Shown here: positions 62,343 through 64,000 of the stretch, piece after piece
Position numbering within the stretch: the first letter of the stretch is position 1
Layout: each line of letters opens with the position of its first letter
Assembly (NCBI GenBank): GCA_963754875.1
Contig: CAVWHO010000017.1
Coordinates: forward strand, 128,001-192,000
Reading direction: 5' to 3'
DNA length: 64,000 nt
From: Nitrospirota bacterium
GTDB taxonomy: Bacteria; Nitrospirota; UBA9217
Made by a program: the position numbers and the translations under genes
Notes under the pieces: generated by a model
What the model saw: only the letters and a program-made list of their open reading frames with translations
Told to the model about the DNA's origin: nothing
Databases searched by the model: none

Positions 62343-62656
62343 ACGTCTCCTCTTTGCAGTCTTGAATCAGCATGAATGAACCACGAATGTCGGTTGTCAG
62401 TGTTGTTGTTTCAGATGGACAGTGCAATGGGTGAGTTAAACAGGATGAATGGTACCTTAAATCGTGGCAAATGACAATCGGGGAATTCCTTAGTATTGCT
62501 TTTTAAACGTTTCCCGTTCGACTTTTTCCGTCGGTTCATTCTGCTTTCATCTATGCCTCATATGATATGATACCTCTTGCAAAAATTTAGTCAAGACCGC
62601 ATCGAAGGTCCTCCACACCGTACCGTTATCCACTGCAACATGCCGGGGCTTTTATT

Positions 62657-62685
62657 TTGACAGCGCTCCCTTTTTTTGCTAAAGT
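62657..62685 (+). promoter_or_regulatory. sigma70 promoter
   Basis: TTGACA-N17-TAAAGT with extended TG. Confidence 0.55.
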
Positions 62686-62846
62686 TCCTGCATGACGCGC
62701 CACTCCTCAGAGAACATGCCCGTACTGTTTACCCGTTCAAAAACGCTGGCGTTCTCTATCACGATGGTGAAGTCGCATAACCTCAAGCGGCAATGAAAAG
62801 AGGGGGATGTTCAAAGCAGACCAGGACCGTATCTGAGAGGTGACCC

Positions 62847-63671
62847 ATGCAGGAGGAACAGAAGCACATACCCGGATCGGTCTGAGCGCCGTCGAGCGGC
62901 ACCGGGGGGTGTTGCCAGGCGGGTCAGCAGCCGGGGCTGCAACCGGAAGAGATCAGGAGCGCGGTGCGGACCAAATATTCCGAGGTGGCCCAGTCGGCCT
63001 CCGGGAAATTCTCCTACCCCACGGGCCGGGAGGGCGCATGTGCGCTCGGCTATGATCCCGCACTCATCGACGCCGCCCTTCCCAGCCTGCTCGAATCCTT
63101 CTGCGGTGTGGGCAATCCCTTTTCCCTGTTCCCGATCCAGCCCGGATCGGTCATCCTCGATGTCGGATGCGGCGCGGGTTTCGATCTCTCCGTCGCGGCG
63201 CGGCTGACCGGTCCCGAAGGCATGGTGCACGGGGTCGATCTGACCGAGGCCATGGCGGCACGGGCGCGTGAGAACCTTCACAAGGCAGGCATTGCGAATG
63301 TCCGCGTGCAGCAGGTGGGGTCGGAGAGCCTGCCGTTTAAAGACAACACCTTTGATGCGGTCATTTCGAACGGCGTGATCAATCTCTCGCCTGACAAAGA
63401 GACCCTGTTCTGCGAGATCAACCGGGTGCTGAAACCGGGGGGCTGGTTCGGCTTCGCCGATGTGGTGCTGGAGAAGGAACTGCCCCAGGGCATGGCAGGC
63501 AGTGCCGAAGCGTGGTCGCAATGAATCGGCGGCGCGGTCCCGGTCGGGGACCATCTCCTGGCGCTCCGGCGGGCGGGCTTTGCAGACATCCTGTTCACCG
63601 GCATGACGGGTTTCCGAACTTCTCCCTACACCGAAGGCGCGCTCTTCAGAGCCAGGAAGAAAGCGGCGTGA
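62847..63671 (+). CDS. ArsM/AS3MT-like SAM methyltransferase, predicted selenoprotein with two Sec (TGA 62883 and 63522), 274 aa
   Basis: GAGAGG RBS; SFCGVGNP, LDVGCGAG, SNGVINL, WSQ-U-IGGA; SECIS-like hairpins after both TGA codons. Confidence 0.82.
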
Positions 63672-64000
63672 TACAGGAGCGACGGGCGGAGCAACTGACT
63701 CTCTTCTTTGATCTTTCCCGCATTTGAATCTATCAATGGTCGAGAAGTGCCTCCGGTCCTCCTCTCGTCTTCCTGAACCCCATTCGGACAAGCCGGAACC
63801 AACGGCAGAAAACAAAAGCATCTCACGCAAAGCCGGACCCTGCCCCGGCATTTCTTTGCGTGCTTGGCGTCTTTGGGCGAAAATTTTTTTCAGTTTTGGG
63901 TAGAATTTTACTTATACGTCCCTGATTCCCGGAGCGATAGATGCGCGACGCGATAGCCCTGACCGCGAACATGGACAAACGCCGGAGACATCCCCCCGGA

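Noticed and set aside
62811..63851. 346-aa minus-strand ORF
   Set aside because: Antisense shadow of the methyltransferase, which carries the recognisable motifs

Overview
64-kb accessory, recombination-rich region from a bacterium that is probably anaerobic and Nitrospirota/Desulfobacterota-like (inferred from DsrC, multiheme cytochrome and selenoprotein signals). Four decayed 3' copies of tRNA-fMet (about 0.55, 18.7, 45.6 and 56.5 kb) divide it into island-like blocks. Block 1 holds a sigma54/sigma28 signalling cluster, a repeat-rich surface protein, an orphan DsrC, and a three-level nest: a gene-less element with tyrosine-recombinase-type ends, holding a group IIC intron, holding an IS21 with a ParB-like passenger. 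Block 2 holds three toxin-antitoxin pairs, a frameshifted SNF2 helicase with a SWIM protein, and a Wzy-type EPS cluster with a GH5 gene. Block 3 holds a DDE IS, a multiheme cytochrome lipoprotein and an atypical GlmS (Cys1->Ser, C-terminal extension). Block 4 holds small genes and ends in an ArsM-like methyltransferase that appears to contain two selenocysteines (two in-frame TGA codons, each followed by a SECIS-like hairpin). All calls are from reading the sequence; no database searches were run.
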